This document shows, piece by piece, positions 21,126-31,359 of a DNA stretch of 64,000 nucleotides. The DNA is from an uncultured delta proteobacterium (GTDB lineage Bacteria > Myxococcota_A > Polyangia > Polyangiales > Polyangiaceae), in assembly GCA_963696385.1 (NCBI GenBank), contig CAVOKF010000007.1, positions 128,001 to 192,000 of the forward strand, written 5' to 3'. The position numbers and the translations under genes are program-made. Under the pieces are notes generated by a model. The model was not told where the DNA came from and ran no database searches. It saw nothing but the letters and a program-made list of their open reading frames with translations. The first letter of the stretch is position 1; every line of letters begins with the position of its first letter.

Positions 21126-24100
21126 TCAGCCGGACTTGTCGGCCGAGCGCGTCGTTAGGATCTTCGCGAACGCCGTGATGACCGCCGCAACCGTCGGCGG
21201 GACGGCCCCCGTGGCGCCGAGCTCCGGTCGGCTCGCGCTGAGCGCGGCAATCAGCGCCGCGACTCCCGTCGCCAGCGGCACGCGCAGCAGCGTCCACCCG
21301 CTTCCGCCCTCCGTGTCCTCCCAAGCCTGAAGCTCGGCGATCGACGAGCTCTGGCGGATAAACGCGGCGAACTCGTCGCTTGCAAGCGTCAGCGTTTCGC
21401 ACGAGATCAGACCCCGCGCACAGAGTCGCTCCAGAATCGGCTCGTTCATGGGGTGTGGACACGCGAAGCCATCGATCGCGATTTGCGAAAGGATTCGCTT
21501 CTCATCGGCGTCGGACCGGCTCCACAGCCGAAAGCACGCGGCACTTGTGGCGGCGTCGCCCAGAAGGCGGGGCTCGACCCTCGGACGAAACGCACGAACC
21601 TCGAAGTTTTCGAGCAGCTTGGCCCAGGGGCCCTGCAGCGCGGCAGGGGCTTGAAAAATGGGGTCCACCTCCGAGAGCAGCACGACGGTGGCGTGCGCTT
21701 CAACGAGCGCTTCGAGGCGACCGAGAGCGAGGGGAGAAGCCAGGATCGCCTCCAGACTGGGCACGAACGCGAGGTTTCGCGCTTCGAGTGGGGGGGCTGC
21801 GACGGCGTTCGCGACCTCGATATACCCCCGACGGCGCAGCACTTCGGCAAGGCCTTCCGGCGGTCGAAGGATGAGCAACCGCTCGCCCGGCGTCGGGAGC
21901 ACCCGGTCGGCCTCTTCCGACACGCCGCGCGTCAGGCGCGCCGACAGCGGCAGAAACAGAAGGCGTCGCATGCTGCAATAGGCCGCGACATGCGCAAAGC
22001 CCAACGCGACGAAGAAAGCGAAGAGGACGGGCGCCATCTTCTGCAGGTCGCACCCTCGCACGAGCTCGGGCAGCGAACTCCTCACGCCCTCCTGTCGCGT
22101 TGCCTCAGGAGGCAACAAATCGAGGTCGCGGGGGCGCCGAACCCACGCGCGATCGGTCGGACCCGACCGTGTCTCGTACAGCCCCAAGAGGGAGTCCAGT
22201 TCGCCTATCGACAGGGCAGGCAACAGCTGACTCAACGCCGGCAACGGCCAGAGTCGGGGCCTCAACCACGAGTCCGAGGCGGCATCTGAGGAGTCGAGCT
22301 TTTGGACGACCCAAGGGCGGGACAGACAGTCGCCCCTGAGGCAATTCACGTCGTACCCGACGCGCTTGGCCTCGCTCTCTTGCTCGGCTCGAACGAGGCA
22401 CTCGACCGCGTAATCGTACGCGCCGGCGAAGAGGACGGTCGTGGGCGCAACGACACCGACCCCTGCGAGCCCGAAGCAGCAGAGCGCAAACGTCATCGGC
22501 AAATACGTCCGCCACGGCGCCGCGCCGCGGTGCAAGCGCGCCACGATGCGCGCGCACCAGGAACGCGTGCGTGCCTCGACCCCTGCCGGGACGCTTCCGT
22601 CCTCCGGCAGCGAGATCAGCGACGCAACGCTCCAGCAGGCCGCCGCAATCGCCAAGCCGAGAAACGCCGCCAGGGGCAAAACCCTGATCCCCCAAAGGAC
22701 AAGGCAGCCGATCGCGACCGTGGCCCCGATCATCCACCGCGCGAGATGCGCGTACCCAGCCGCTCGTCGGGCGTCCGGCCGGAGGAGCGCTCGCCGCGGC
22801 GACGAAAGGCACGCCCGTCTCAGGAACAGGACCAAACCACCGACGACGACCCCCAGTACGGCGAGAGCGCCGAAGCCGATGAGGCTGACGAGCACCATGG
22901 TGGCGACGGGAATGTCCACCAGGTCGGTACGAGCCATCGTCACGACGTACCAGTCCACGCCGTTGAGGTGGGCCACGCGGGCCCGGCTCGACACCCCCAG
23001 GTAAAAGAGGTCGATGCCAGCCGGAGCGCCGGGAACCATGGCCGCGCGCAGTGCGGACGGGTCACGAATGTCGTCAAAGATATTTTGGCCCTGGTGAGCC
23101 TCGTTGTTCGAGTGAATCATCACCTGTCCATCTCGATCCACGATGGCCGCCTGAAAGCCCAGGGGAAAGACGGGCTCCTCGAAGACTCGTAGCTTCATCT
23201 CGACGGCCGCAACCCCGGTCGGCCGAGTGCGGTCCCCATCTCGCGCGTCCACCTCCGTGCGCCCGGCGTAGGTGGGACGGGCGACCACCAGGACGAGCTG
23301 GCCCGACGTCGCCGAGCGAACGACCTCCTCGACGCAACTCGAACAGTCTGGACACCATGACGTTTCGTCGCCGCTCCGGCCCATCTTTTCGCCCGCCAGC
23401 GCGCGACGGAAGTAAGCGCGCCGATCGACGGAGATGGGGTTGGTGGCGTGCGGCCCCGGGACCTCCTTGATCTGCTCGTAGCCGCTCGCGTTGGCCCAGA
23501 ACGCGAGGTTCACGCCGTCGGGTTGTGGGCACTCGGTCAATTCGTAGACCGGAGCCCGGGGACCGGTCCCTTCGGTCTTGTCCTGCGGGATGGCGGCGAG
23601 CGTCCCCTTGCACGCAGGACCCCACGAAGGAAAGCGCGCCAGAGCCGACGCGGAGCGTTCGGTCGCCTCGCTCAAGCGCGCGTTGTTCGTGAGGGCTTCC
23701 CGCACGGACCGCGTTTGCTCGTTGAAGTCGGCGAGGGCCGCCGCGGCACGTTCGACAGGGTCTTGCAGCATGTCCGATACGGACTTCGTCACGTCCTCGA
23801 GTTGATGGTCGAGCCGGCTCGAAAGACGATTGCGCGCAACGACCGCGAACAGCGAGACGGTCGACAGGAGCGTCGCGGCGATGGCCGAGATGACGAGTAG
23901 CGCGACGTCGAACCGAGTGAACCGAGAGCGAGCTCCGACGAGCCATAGCTTGGCAACCGGAAGCGCAAGGATGCCGAGTCCAACGACGAGCAGGCCGAAG
24001 AGAAAAAACCCTGGGCTTACCCGGTCGCTCTCTTGTTGCAGTCGATCTTGGCGTACCAGCCCACAAAGCAGCAGCGTCGCGCCACGCGTTTGTCCGGAGG

Positions 24101-24935
24101 CCCCCGAGACCCCCGGCTGAGCGCGGCAAAGGGCCCCCGCGCCGCATGGGAGGTTCACACGGATGGCTACGGGCTGCACAAACGCTGTGAAGACGGTCGC
24201 CCCCAACGCGACGTTGGCCAGCACGCGCGAGGCAAGCGGCTGGTTGGGGTCGAATCCGGCCAACGAGACCACGCGCAGGGCCGAGCCCGGCTTCGCGGCC
24301 TGCAACACGGTCCCGTCATCGGCGAGCAACAGGAGATCATCGAACGCGCCGACCGGGTCGTCGTACGGGGGCGCCGCCCGCTTCGCAATCGGGGTCCCGA
24401 GGATCCAATCCATGCCGACCCGCCCGCAGACGACGCCAGGCCGCGCCGCCGGGAACACCATCGCGAGCTCGCCCTCGTCACGAACCACCCACGGGGTGGC
24501 GGCGGCGGCGGCAGACGCGTCGCACCGGACCATCGACAGACCTTGCGTGTCGGCTTCGGCCGCATGCGCGAGCCTGCGAGCCACGCACAAAGGAACGTGA
24601 TCCGCATCGCGACGAGTGCAGTCCTCAACATCGGGACCGTAGCTCGGCAATAGGTTCTGCTGCAGCGCGTTCGGCGTGAGCGCGCTCGTGATCGAACCGA
24701 CGATCTGCCCGTAGTTGTCGTAGCGAAGCTCGATTTGGCGGCCCACGTGGGCCACCGTTCGCGCATACTCCTCCTTCAACTCCTCGAATCGCCGGTGTCG
24801 GTGGCCGAGGAAGGCGAGCGCCGCGATCCCCGTGACGGCGACGATCGCGAAGGCGATGTAGGCCCACGCACCCGCGCGTTGGCTCGCCGAGGCGCGCGCG
24901 GGCGCCTTGGCCTCGGGATTAGAGCTCGCGCTCAT
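21126..24935 (-). CDS. Large polytopic membrane protein with two extracytoplasmic (Cache-like) regions and a C-terminal helical domain
   Basis: 1269 aa; RRAYFRRA, VVRSATSGQ, AAIVDRDGQVMIHS Cache-like motifs; many TM segments; WSRSDADEKRIL..IA.DG..L..RGLI. Confidence 0.75.
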   Translation of the reverse strand: MSASSNPEAKAPARASASQRAGAWAYIAFAIVAVTGIAALAFLGHRHRRFEELKEEYARTVAHVGRQIELRYDNYGQIVGSITSALTPNALQQNLLPSYGPDVEDCTRRDADHVPLCVARRLAHAAEADTQGLSMVRCDASAAAAATPWVVRDEGELAMVFPAARPGVVCGRVGMDWILGTPIAKRAAPPYDDPVGAFDDLLLLADDGTVLQAAKPGSALRVVSLAGFDPNQPLASRVLANVALGATVFTAFVQPVAIRVNLPCGAGALCRAQPGVSGASGQTRGATLLLCGLVRQDRLQQESDRVSPGFFLFGLLVVGLGILALPVAKLWLVGARSRFTRFDVALLVISAIAATLLSTVSLFAVVARNRLSSRLDHQLEDVTKSVSDMLQDPVERAAAALADFNEQTRSVREALTNNARLSEATERSASALARFPSWGPACKGTLAAIPQDKTEGTGPRAPVYELTECPQPDGVNLAFWANASGYEQIKEVPGPHATNPISVDRRAYFRRALAGEKMGRSGDETSWCPDCSSCVEEVVRSATSGQLVLVVARPTYAGRTEVDARDGDRTRPTGVAAVEMKLRVFEEPVFPLGFQAAIVDRDGQVMIHSNNEAHQGQNIFDDIRDPSALRAAMVPGAPAGIDLFYLGVSSRARVAHLNGVDWYVVTMARTDLVDIPVATMVLVSLIGFGALAVLGVVVGGLVLFLRRACLSSPRRALLRPDARRAAGYAHLARWMIGATVAIGCLVLWGIRVLPLAAFLGLAIAAACWSVASLISLPEDGSVPAGVEARTRSWCARIVARLHRGAAPWRTYLPMTFALCCFGLAGVGVVAPTTVLFAGAYDYAVECLVRAEQESEAKRVGYDVNCLRGDCLSRPWVVQKLDSSDAASDSWLRPRLWPLPALSQLLPALSIGELDSLLGLYETRSGPTDRAWVRRPRDLDLLPPEATRQEGVRSSLPELVRGCDLQKMAPVLFAFFVALGFAHVAAYCSMRRLLFLPLSARLTRGVSEEADRVLPTPGERLLILRPPEGLAEVLRRRGYIEVANAVAAPPLEARNLAFVPSLEAILASPLALGRLEALVEAHATVVLLSEVDPIFQAPAALQGPWAKLLENFEVRAFRPRVEPRLLGDAATSAACFRLWSRSDADEKRILSQIAIDGFACPHPMNEPILERLCARGLISCETLTLASDEFAAFIRQSSSIAELQAWEDTEGGSGWTLLRVPLATGVAALIAALSASRPELGATGAVPPTVAAVITAFAKILTTRSADKSG

Positions 24936-25249
24936 GACGTGTTCTCCGTCGCCGGACGCACAGACGATCGTGCGAGGTCACACCTTGGAGGATATCGGTT
25001 GAACGGCAACGATCGATAGACTGAAGTGCTCGCGCCTTCATTTCCGGCGGCTTCATCGGCGCGAGTGCAGGGGTCGAGGATGTGGGCAACCGATTGGGCG
25101 ACGATGGCGCCGGCCGTGCCGAGCGCGTCACCCTGATGCGTTACTTCCTGCGCCGCGTGTTGGCCCGCTGGCGCTGGTACCGCTGCCGGTCGGCGCGTCC
25201 GAGCCGCCCTGGGCGAGTCCACGCGAACCGGTGCCCGGCGTCCCTTCCG

Positions 25250-25330
25250 CTCCGCGAGTCGTATCGCGAGGACGGCAAGATGAAGTCGCGCACGCTGGCG
25301 AACCTGTCGTCGTTGACGGAGAAGCAGGTG
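25250..25330 (+). pseudogene. IS1634-family transposase N-terminal remnant
   Basis: LRESYREDGKMKSRTLANLSSL; no downstream transposase sequence. Confidence 0.65.
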
Positions 25331-25354
25331 AGGAAATGCGGCGAGCGCTCCGCA

Positions 25355-26440
25355 TCAGCCATTCGCCTCGGGGATCTTGAAGCCGACGTACGTGCCACCG
25401 CTGACGCCCATGAGCGCAAGAAGCGTGTCGCTGAATTGCGGCATGGAGAGGTCGCGCCATACGTCCACGATGAACAGCGTGGCGAGGATCGCCGTCCAGA
25501 CCAGGATTTGCATTCGGTGAAGGGTCGGGCCATTGTCGTCGTCGAGAAGGTCCGCAAGAAAAGTGCTGTGCGCATAGCGGAGCTTTTTGACTCGCTCCCC
25601 AACAGATGCGATCGCCGCGATTCCTTGCGGGTCGGGGCGTGCTTGTGCGGCTGGCGGAGCCTTCGTGAGATTCTCCGCGAGAGCGGAGTCTTGCGCCGAG
25701 CCGACGAGCTTCGCCCCCATCGCGGTCGCCGCGGCTATGCCCATTAGAGCGAGGCACTGGGGCGTCACCGTGTCGGCCGAGCCCGTCACCGTCCAGATAA
25801 GCAAAAAGGAACAGACGACGAGCGCGGTCCACACAAACATCTGGAGTCGCCCGAGACTGAGAGATGTCCCCGGCCCTGCATCGAGGAGCATTCCCGCCTT
25901 GATCCCGAACCAGGAAGCCATTGCAAAAAAGGAGAGCAACGCGATGCTGAAAACTTTCGCCAACCACGAGCTGCTGAAATGGAGACGGATCGGATTGGGC
26001 GCACTCACGGTGGCCCCGTCAGGAGAGCCCGCGGCGATCGAGACGGCACGGTTCGACAGAACGGGTCCGAGAACCCGACGCCAGACGGCGTCATTGTCCG
26101 ACGTCCTGTCGAGGGCAAAGAGAAACGTGTGCTCTTGATTGAGCGCGCGACGAACGCTGATGCCCTTAATTTCGTTGTTGTCGAGGAAGATTGCAAGGGG
26201 CTGCGGGGGCGGAGATGAAAAGGTGACCGCGAGATCGTCGCCCAGACGGACGTCGACCGTCGTCGGGTTGTCGTTGACCGCGGTCTGGTTGACCGCGAGA
26301 ATCCTCAGCGCAGGGACTGAGACGGCAACGGCCTGCGTTCCCTGGGATTGGGCGAGCGCAGATCCTGCGATGACGAAGGACAAGCTGCACGAGAGCACCC
26401 ATACCCACCCGACTCGCGCACAGGTTTTGCCAATCCGCAT
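25355..26440 (-). CDS. Exported membrane protein with duplicated 'R(L/M)Q..VWT / LALMG' modules
   Basis: Signal peptide (ALA-QS); SLGRLQMFVWT..LALMGIAA and TLHRMQILVWT..LLALMGVSGGTYVGFK. Confidence 0.75.
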   Translation of the reverse strand: MRIGKTCARVGWVWVLSCSLSFVIAGSALAQSQGTQAVAVSVPALRILAVNQTAVNDNPTTVDVRLGDDLAVTFSSPPPQPLAIFLDNNEIKGISVRRALNQEHTFLFALDRTSDNDAVWRRVLGPVLSNRAVSIAAGSPDGATVSAPNPIRLHFSSSWLAKVFSIALLSFFAMASWFGIKAGMLLDAGPGTSLSLGRLQMFVWTALVVCSFLLIWTVTGSADTVTPQCLALMGIAAATAMGAKLVGSAQDSALAENLTKAPPAAQARPDPQGIAAIASVGERVKKLRYAHSTFLADLLDDDNGPTLHRMQILVWTAILATLFIVDVWRDLSMPQFSDTLLALMGVSGGTYVGFKIPEANG

Positions 26441-26803
26441 TCGTCGTTCCTTCTACGGGCCTCTCAAGGTCGTCTTGCGACTGCCCACGTCATCGGCCGC
26501 ATAGCCGGTGTTCCCCCGGTGGTCCATTTCACGCGATTGCAGGCGCGTGCGACGCGCCATTCAGCGCGCAGCCCCTCTTGCGGCTGCCCGACGTCGCGGT
26601 AGGTGGCAGTGAAACTGCAACCTGCATCGATCCACTTTTTCATTCTGCTCGTTGCCAGGTAGCTTAGAGTGGTCGCCGACCAGGGCAAAGCCGAACCGAT
26701 CGAAGACGACTTTTCGACCAAGCGGGAGAGGCTGTACAATGGCTCATCCGGAAAGGGGAGCCGCGGCACGGCAAGGAGTCGGCGACGAAGAAAGGCGGTC
26801 GAG

Positions 26804-26983
26804 ATGGATCTGACGAAGGGGGGCGTGCTGACACTCATCGCCGGTGGACTCACGACCGGGGTCGTCTTGTTCTTCAAGCACCCGCCTCTCAGTGCGCCCG
26901 AGACCGTCGTCGTCCTCGCGATCGCTCTCGCGCTGGTGTTTGGCGGCCACTGGCTCGTATCCAAGATGACGAGGGCCCGATGA
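26804..26983 (+). CDS. Small two-TM membrane protein
   Basis: 59 aa, two hydrophobic helices, ATGA overlap with the next gene. Confidence 0.6.
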   Translation: MDLTKGGVLTLIAGGLTTGVVLFFKHPPLSAPETVVVLAIALALVFGGHWLVSKMTRAR

Positions 26984-27753
26984 TGATCCGATACGCAGCA
27001 CTCTTGCTCACGTTGATCATCGCGTGTGGCGGCTCAGAGCCGCCGCCTGCGGCCGCCCCCCCTCCGCCAGCGCCAGCGCCGCCGTCGGTATCGGAGGCCC
27101 CACCGCCACTCCTACCGAAGCGGGCCATCGCGGATCTGATGCACGGCCGCGGGTTTCTCGTGAGGGATCACTCCGAAGAGGCCGGGTACGCACTTTATTC
27201 CTACATTCTGATGGATACGAAGCCGACGGCCGACGAGAAGGACCGCGTCCTCTCGACCCTCGACGCCTATCTCGACACGATGCAACCAGCCAAGTGGCTC
27301 GAGGGTAGCGGAGCGAGCCGTTCGTCGATCAACATCATGTATCTCCCGGTCACCGAGTTTCCAGAAAGCGATGACCAGGCGAATTCCGCCGCGTGGCTAC
27401 TGGATCACTACGACTACGCACGCGCCACCGTGTACCTGCATGCTCTGAAGATCAAGTCAGCAGGAGACGGTCCTGTTCTTGCTTCGTGCGACGTTGCGGT
27501 TGGCACCCAACCGGCGAAGGTGCATGAATTGCATTTCGATTTGTCCAGCGTACCTGCAACGGTCGTTCGGTCCTGGGTGGGGGAGTTCTCGAGGGCGACG
27601 TCCAAGTCGACGATGGACGAAGTGGCGAAGCCTAGTTGGACACTCGACATGCGAACCACGCTCGCAAACTTGACCTCGGCCGTCGTGGAGGTGAACGCGG
27701 CGATGAAGGTGCTGAAACAGGCGCTGTCGGCCTGGAAGAGCATCGTCGCCTAG
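26980..27753 (+). CDS. Lipoprotein of unknown function
   Basis: LIIAC lipobox, Pro-rich linker, EEAGYALYSYIL and DHYDYARA motifs. Confidence 0.75.
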   Translation: MMIRYAALLLTLIIACGGSEPPPAAAPPPPAPAPPSVSEAPPPLLPKRAIADLMHGRGFLVRDHSEEAGYALYSYILMDTKPTADEKDRVLSTLDAYLDTMQPAKWLEGSGASRSSINIMYLPVTEFPESDDQANSAAWLLDHYDYARATVYLHALKIKSAGDGPVLASCDVAVGTQPAKVHELHFDLSSVPATVVRSWVGEFSRATSKSTMDEVAKPSWTLDMRTTLANLTSAVVEVNAAMKVLKQALSAWKSIVA

Positions 27754-27964
27754 TCGGGTAGGTGGCCAGGCGCCAGCCGGCCCGCGACGGATCCGACGTG
27801 CGCCTTCACGCATCCGGCTCTTCGGGTCACGGCTTCGCTGCTCGCGGTTGAAATGCAATGAAATCGCGTTGGCCCCGAGGCCGTGGCTATGATGCCCACC
27901 TTCACGGCGGTGCGCTGCGCCAACCGAGCGGCATCGCGATGTGCGCGCATCGAGAGAGGGTCGG

Positions 27965-29848
27965 ATGCCCAAGTCGCCAGCGCAAAGAAGCCGACCGCCG
28001 AGCATTCGCCCGCTTCGGGCGTACGCCTTCGACCCCAGTCAGGGACGGCTGCTCGGCAACGAGATGTCAATCGAAATACGCGACCATCCGTTGCAGCCAG
28101 GGCCCATCATGGTGGCCGAGGGCGAGCACGACCGAATCGCGGTCATCGATTACGACGGGACGACCGACGCGTATTACACCCCCGTCGACCTCGACGATCC
28201 CAACGTCCTGATGCAGGGAGGTTTGCCTCCTTCCGAGTCGAATCCCCACTTTCACCAACAGATGGTCTTCGCCGTGGCGCGAGAGACCATCGAGCATTTC
28301 GAAGCCGCTCTGGGCCGTCGCATCCACTGGCGACGCGCCGAACGCGGGCCGAACAGTCCGAGTGGCTGGCTCCAGGACGACATCGTGACCTTGCAGCTCT
28401 TTCCGCACGCGATGCGAGCCGCGAACGCCTTCTACAGTCCCGAGGCGCACGGCATCCTCTTCGGGTATTTCAGCGCGGATCCGAACCAGCCCGGCCGCAA
28501 CATTCCGGGGCAGCCTGTCTTCACCTGCCTCTCGCACGACATCGTGGCGCACGAGACGACCCACGCCATCATCGACGGGATCCGCGGGTACTTCATCGAA
28601 CAGACGAACGTCGACGTCCCGGCGTTCCACGAAGCGTTCGCGGACCTGACGGCGCTCTTTCGTCACTTCGCCCACAAGGAAGTGCTGCTCGACACCATCC
28701 AGCGCACCGGCGGACGGCTTTACCCGTATCAGCTCAAGCCGGACGCGATGACCGACGCCATGGACGCGCCGCCGCGCACCGTGGGCGGCGCCGCGACGGG
28801 TCCCGTGGAGCCGCTTTTCTCGGGCCAAGTGGCGGGGCCCAATCCGCTCGTCGAGCTGGCGCTTCAATTCGGGCAAGCATCCGGCTTACGCAGTGGCCTG
28901 CGATCGGCATTGGGCACCCCCCCCAACCCTGATCCCATCAAGCGCCTGACGGAACCCCATGCGCGGGGATCCATCCTCGTGGCGGCCGTCTTTGACGCCT
29001 TCTTCACCACCTACGTGAAGCGGACCTCCGATCTGTTTCGGATCTATCGGGCCGGCGGGGGCAGCGCCGATCCGGTGGAGCTGCCGGTGCCGCTCGCCGA
29101 GCAGCTTGGCCGTGCCGCCGTAGCGACCGCCGACGAATTCTTTCAGCGGTGCGTGCGAGCGCTCGACTACTGCCCCCCGGTCGACGTCACGTTCGGCGAC
29201 TTCTTGCGCGCGCTCATCACGGCCGACATCGACTCGGGATCCAGCGACGAGGAAGGCATTCGGGACACGATCATGCAGGCGTTTCGCATGCGAGGGATTC
29301 TGCCCGACGGGGCGCGCTTCTTCTCGGAGGGGGCGCTCTGTTGGCCGACCGGCGAGTCGTGCCACTTGCCGGACGTGGACCACGTGCAATTCGGCGATCC
29401 GAACGCCTTCACGAGAATCCACCAGGACGCCACGGGCGAGGCGTTGCGCAACTACGCCAAGCGGCCCGACGTGCGCAGCAAGCTCGGTTTTGCGGCGAAG
29501 CCGGACGTCGTCGTCCCGTCCTTTCATCCGGTCTCGCGCGCCCAGCAAGACGGAAGCGTTCGGACCGACATGGTCGTTGAGCTCGTGCAGACCCGCGAGG
29601 AACCACTCGGTGACGGCCGGTCGTTTTCGTTCCGATCGGGCTACACGCTGATTCTGACCAACGCTCGGACGACCCAAGACGTGGGCCGGGCGTTCGTCCG
29701 ATACGCCATCGGCAAACGAGGCGACGGCGAGGAAGGATCTCGGCGGGTCGATCGTCAGAAGGCCTACGCCGATCGCATGGGGCTGCTCGACAGCGGGGCC
29801 AAGAGTCCGTTTCGGATCGACTTTGGGCTCGTGCACGGAGGCTTTTGA
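27965..29848 (+). CDS. Cytoplasmic thermolysin-like (M4/M36-type gluzincin) metallopeptidase
   Basis: ANAFYS, DIVAHETTH (HExxH), FHEAFAD third ligand, EPHARG; no signal peptide. Confidence 0.85.
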   Translation: MPKSPAQRSRPPSIRPLRAYAFDPSQGRLLGNEMSIEIRDHPLQPGPIMVAEGEHDRIAVIDYDGTTDAYYTPVDLDDPNVLMQGGLPPSESNPHFHQQMVFAVARETIEHFEAALGRRIHWRRAERGPNSPSGWLQDDIVTLQLFPHAMRAANAFYSPEAHGILFGYFSADPNQPGRNIPGQPVFTCLSHDIVAHETTHAIIDGIRGYFIEQTNVDVPAFHEAFADLTALFRHFAHKEVLLDTIQRTGGRLYPYQLKPDAMTDAMDAPPRTVGGAATGPVEPLFSGQVAGPNPLVELALQFGQASGLRSGLRSALGTPPNPDPIKRLTEPHARGSILVAAVFDAFFTTYVKRTSDLFRIYRAGGGSADPVELPVPLAEQLGRAAVATADEFFQRCVRALDYCPPVDVTFGDFLRALITADIDSGSSDEEGIRDTIMQAFRMRGILPDGARFFSEGALCWPTGESCHLPDVDHVQFGDPNAFTRIHQDATGEALRNYAKRPDVRSKLGFAAKPDVVVPSFHPVSRAQQDGSVRTDMVVELVQTREEPLGDGRSFSFRSGYTLILTNARTTQDVGRAFVRYAIGKRGDGEEGSRRVDRQKAYADRMGLLDSGAKSPFRIDFGLVHGGF

Positions 29849-31359
29849 CCGTGGTGGCAAAGAATGCCACAAAAAAGTCCACGAGGACCGCTCGCGCCGC
29901 TGCGCCCTCGCACAGTACAACGGCCAAGCGACCGGACTCCGGGTCGGGCTTGGTCGGGCTACGCGTGCGCATGTACCGTGTCGGGTTCGGGGATTTTTTC
30001 TTGCTCTCGGTTCCTGTCGCCGGCGGCAAGGAGCACATCCTCATCGACTGCGGCGTCTTCAAGGGTACGAGCGGCGAGGGCGACATCGGCACGATCCGGG
30101 GCGCCGTCGACAACCTCGTCGAAGAGACCGGAGGCCGCCTCGCGCTCGTCGTCATGACGCACCGGCACGCCGACCACATCATCGGGTTCAGCCGGTGCAA
30201 AGAGCAATTTCAGAAGATGACCGTCGGGGCCGTCTGGATGCCCATCTGGGAGAAAGAGTACGACGAGAAAGCGGCCAAGACGAAAGCGTCGAAGTTCCAG
30301 GGGGATCTCACGACCATCGCCTCCAGGATGCAGGCCAAGCTCACGGGCATGGCCCCCGCCGCCGGGCAGGAAGAAGCGCACGAGCAGACCCTTGGCATGC
30401 TGCTGAACGCGACCGGGCCGCTCGCGGCGGCCGGCGGCGGCACGAACGCCGCCTCCCTCGACCTCTTGAAACGAGGCTTCGGCGTGACCCCGGAATACTA
30501 CGCGGCCGACGACAAGCCCACCGTGCCGGCCGTCCTGGCGCGCGCGGGACTGAGCGCGCGGATCCTCGGGCCGCCGCCGGTCGACGACATCGCGTTGATG
30601 AAGCTGATGGACCTCACCAAGGGAGTCGGCCAGTACCTCGATGGGTTGGACGACAGCGAGGCAAGCGAGCCTGCCTTCGCCCCGTTCGGCAAGGAATGCC
30701 AAGTCGACCGGGCGGACTACCCCTCGATCGCGTTCGACGAGTGGGGCGCGCGCGCCGACGTCAGCGGGCGCGCCGACCGGGCCAAGCCACCCGCCGATCG
30801 CATGCGCCAGGCCATCGAGGATGCGCAGCCGACTTCGCTCTTCGAGGCCGCCAAGACGCTCGATTCATTCCTCAACAATCAGAGCCTGGTCATCCTCTTC
30901 ACGTTTCAAGGAAAGAAGCTGCTCTTCGTCGGCGACGCGCAGGCGGGCAACTGGGAGCACTGGCTCTACGGCGACGGCGCTCCCGACAAGTCGGCATCGG
31001 CGCCGATCTCCGAGGACGGGCAATCGATCCTGAAGACACTCGACTTCTACAAAGTGGGCCACCACGGCAGCACCAACGCGACGCCCAAAGCCGTCGTGGC
31101 GACGATGCGCCCCGGCATCGTCGCAATGTGCTCCACCCAACCCGGGGTGTACGGCAGCGAAAAGACTGGCACCGAGGTCCCGCGTATTCCGCTCGTCGAG
31201 GCGCTCGAAGCCCGAGTGACGCTCGTGCGAAGCGACCAGATCGCCGCGCACGCCAACGGCGCGAGTGTCGAACCGTCCAAAGGGTCGCCGGCGTCGCTCC
31301 CCCATGCGCACGAGGGCCAACTCGCCTCGGGCGACGGTTGGGTGGACTACGATCTGTGA
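29845..31359 (+). CDS. Metallo-beta-lactamase-fold hydrolase (ComEC/Rec2-like motifs)
   Basis: VGFGD, LIDCG, THRHADH, NNQS, GDAQ, KVGHHGS; 4-bp overlap with the peptidase (start may be GTG 29854). Confidence 0.88.
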   Translation: MTVVAKNATKKSTRTARAAAPSHSTTAKRPDSGSGLVGLRVRMYRVGFGDFFLLSVPVAGGKEHILIDCGVFKGTSGEGDIGTIRGAVDNLVEETGGRLALVVMTHRHADHIIGFSRCKEQFQKMTVGAVWMPIWEKEYDEKAAKTKASKFQGDLTTIASRMQAKLTGMAPAAGQEEAHEQTLGMLLNATGPLAAAGGGTNAASLDLLKRGFGVTPEYYAADDKPTVPAVLARAGLSARILGPPPVDDIALMKLMDLTKGVGQYLDGLDDSEASEPAFAPFGKECQVDRADYPSIAFDEWGARADVSGRADRAKPPADRMRQAIEDAQPTSLFEAAKTLDSFLNNQSLVILFTFQGKKLLFVGDAQAGNWEHWLYGDGAPDKSASAPISEDGQSILKTLDFYKVGHHGSTNATPKAVVATMRPGIVAMCSTQPGVYGSEKTGTEVPRIPLVEALEARVTLVRSDQIAAHANGASVEPSKGSPASLPHAHEGQLASGDGWVDYDL

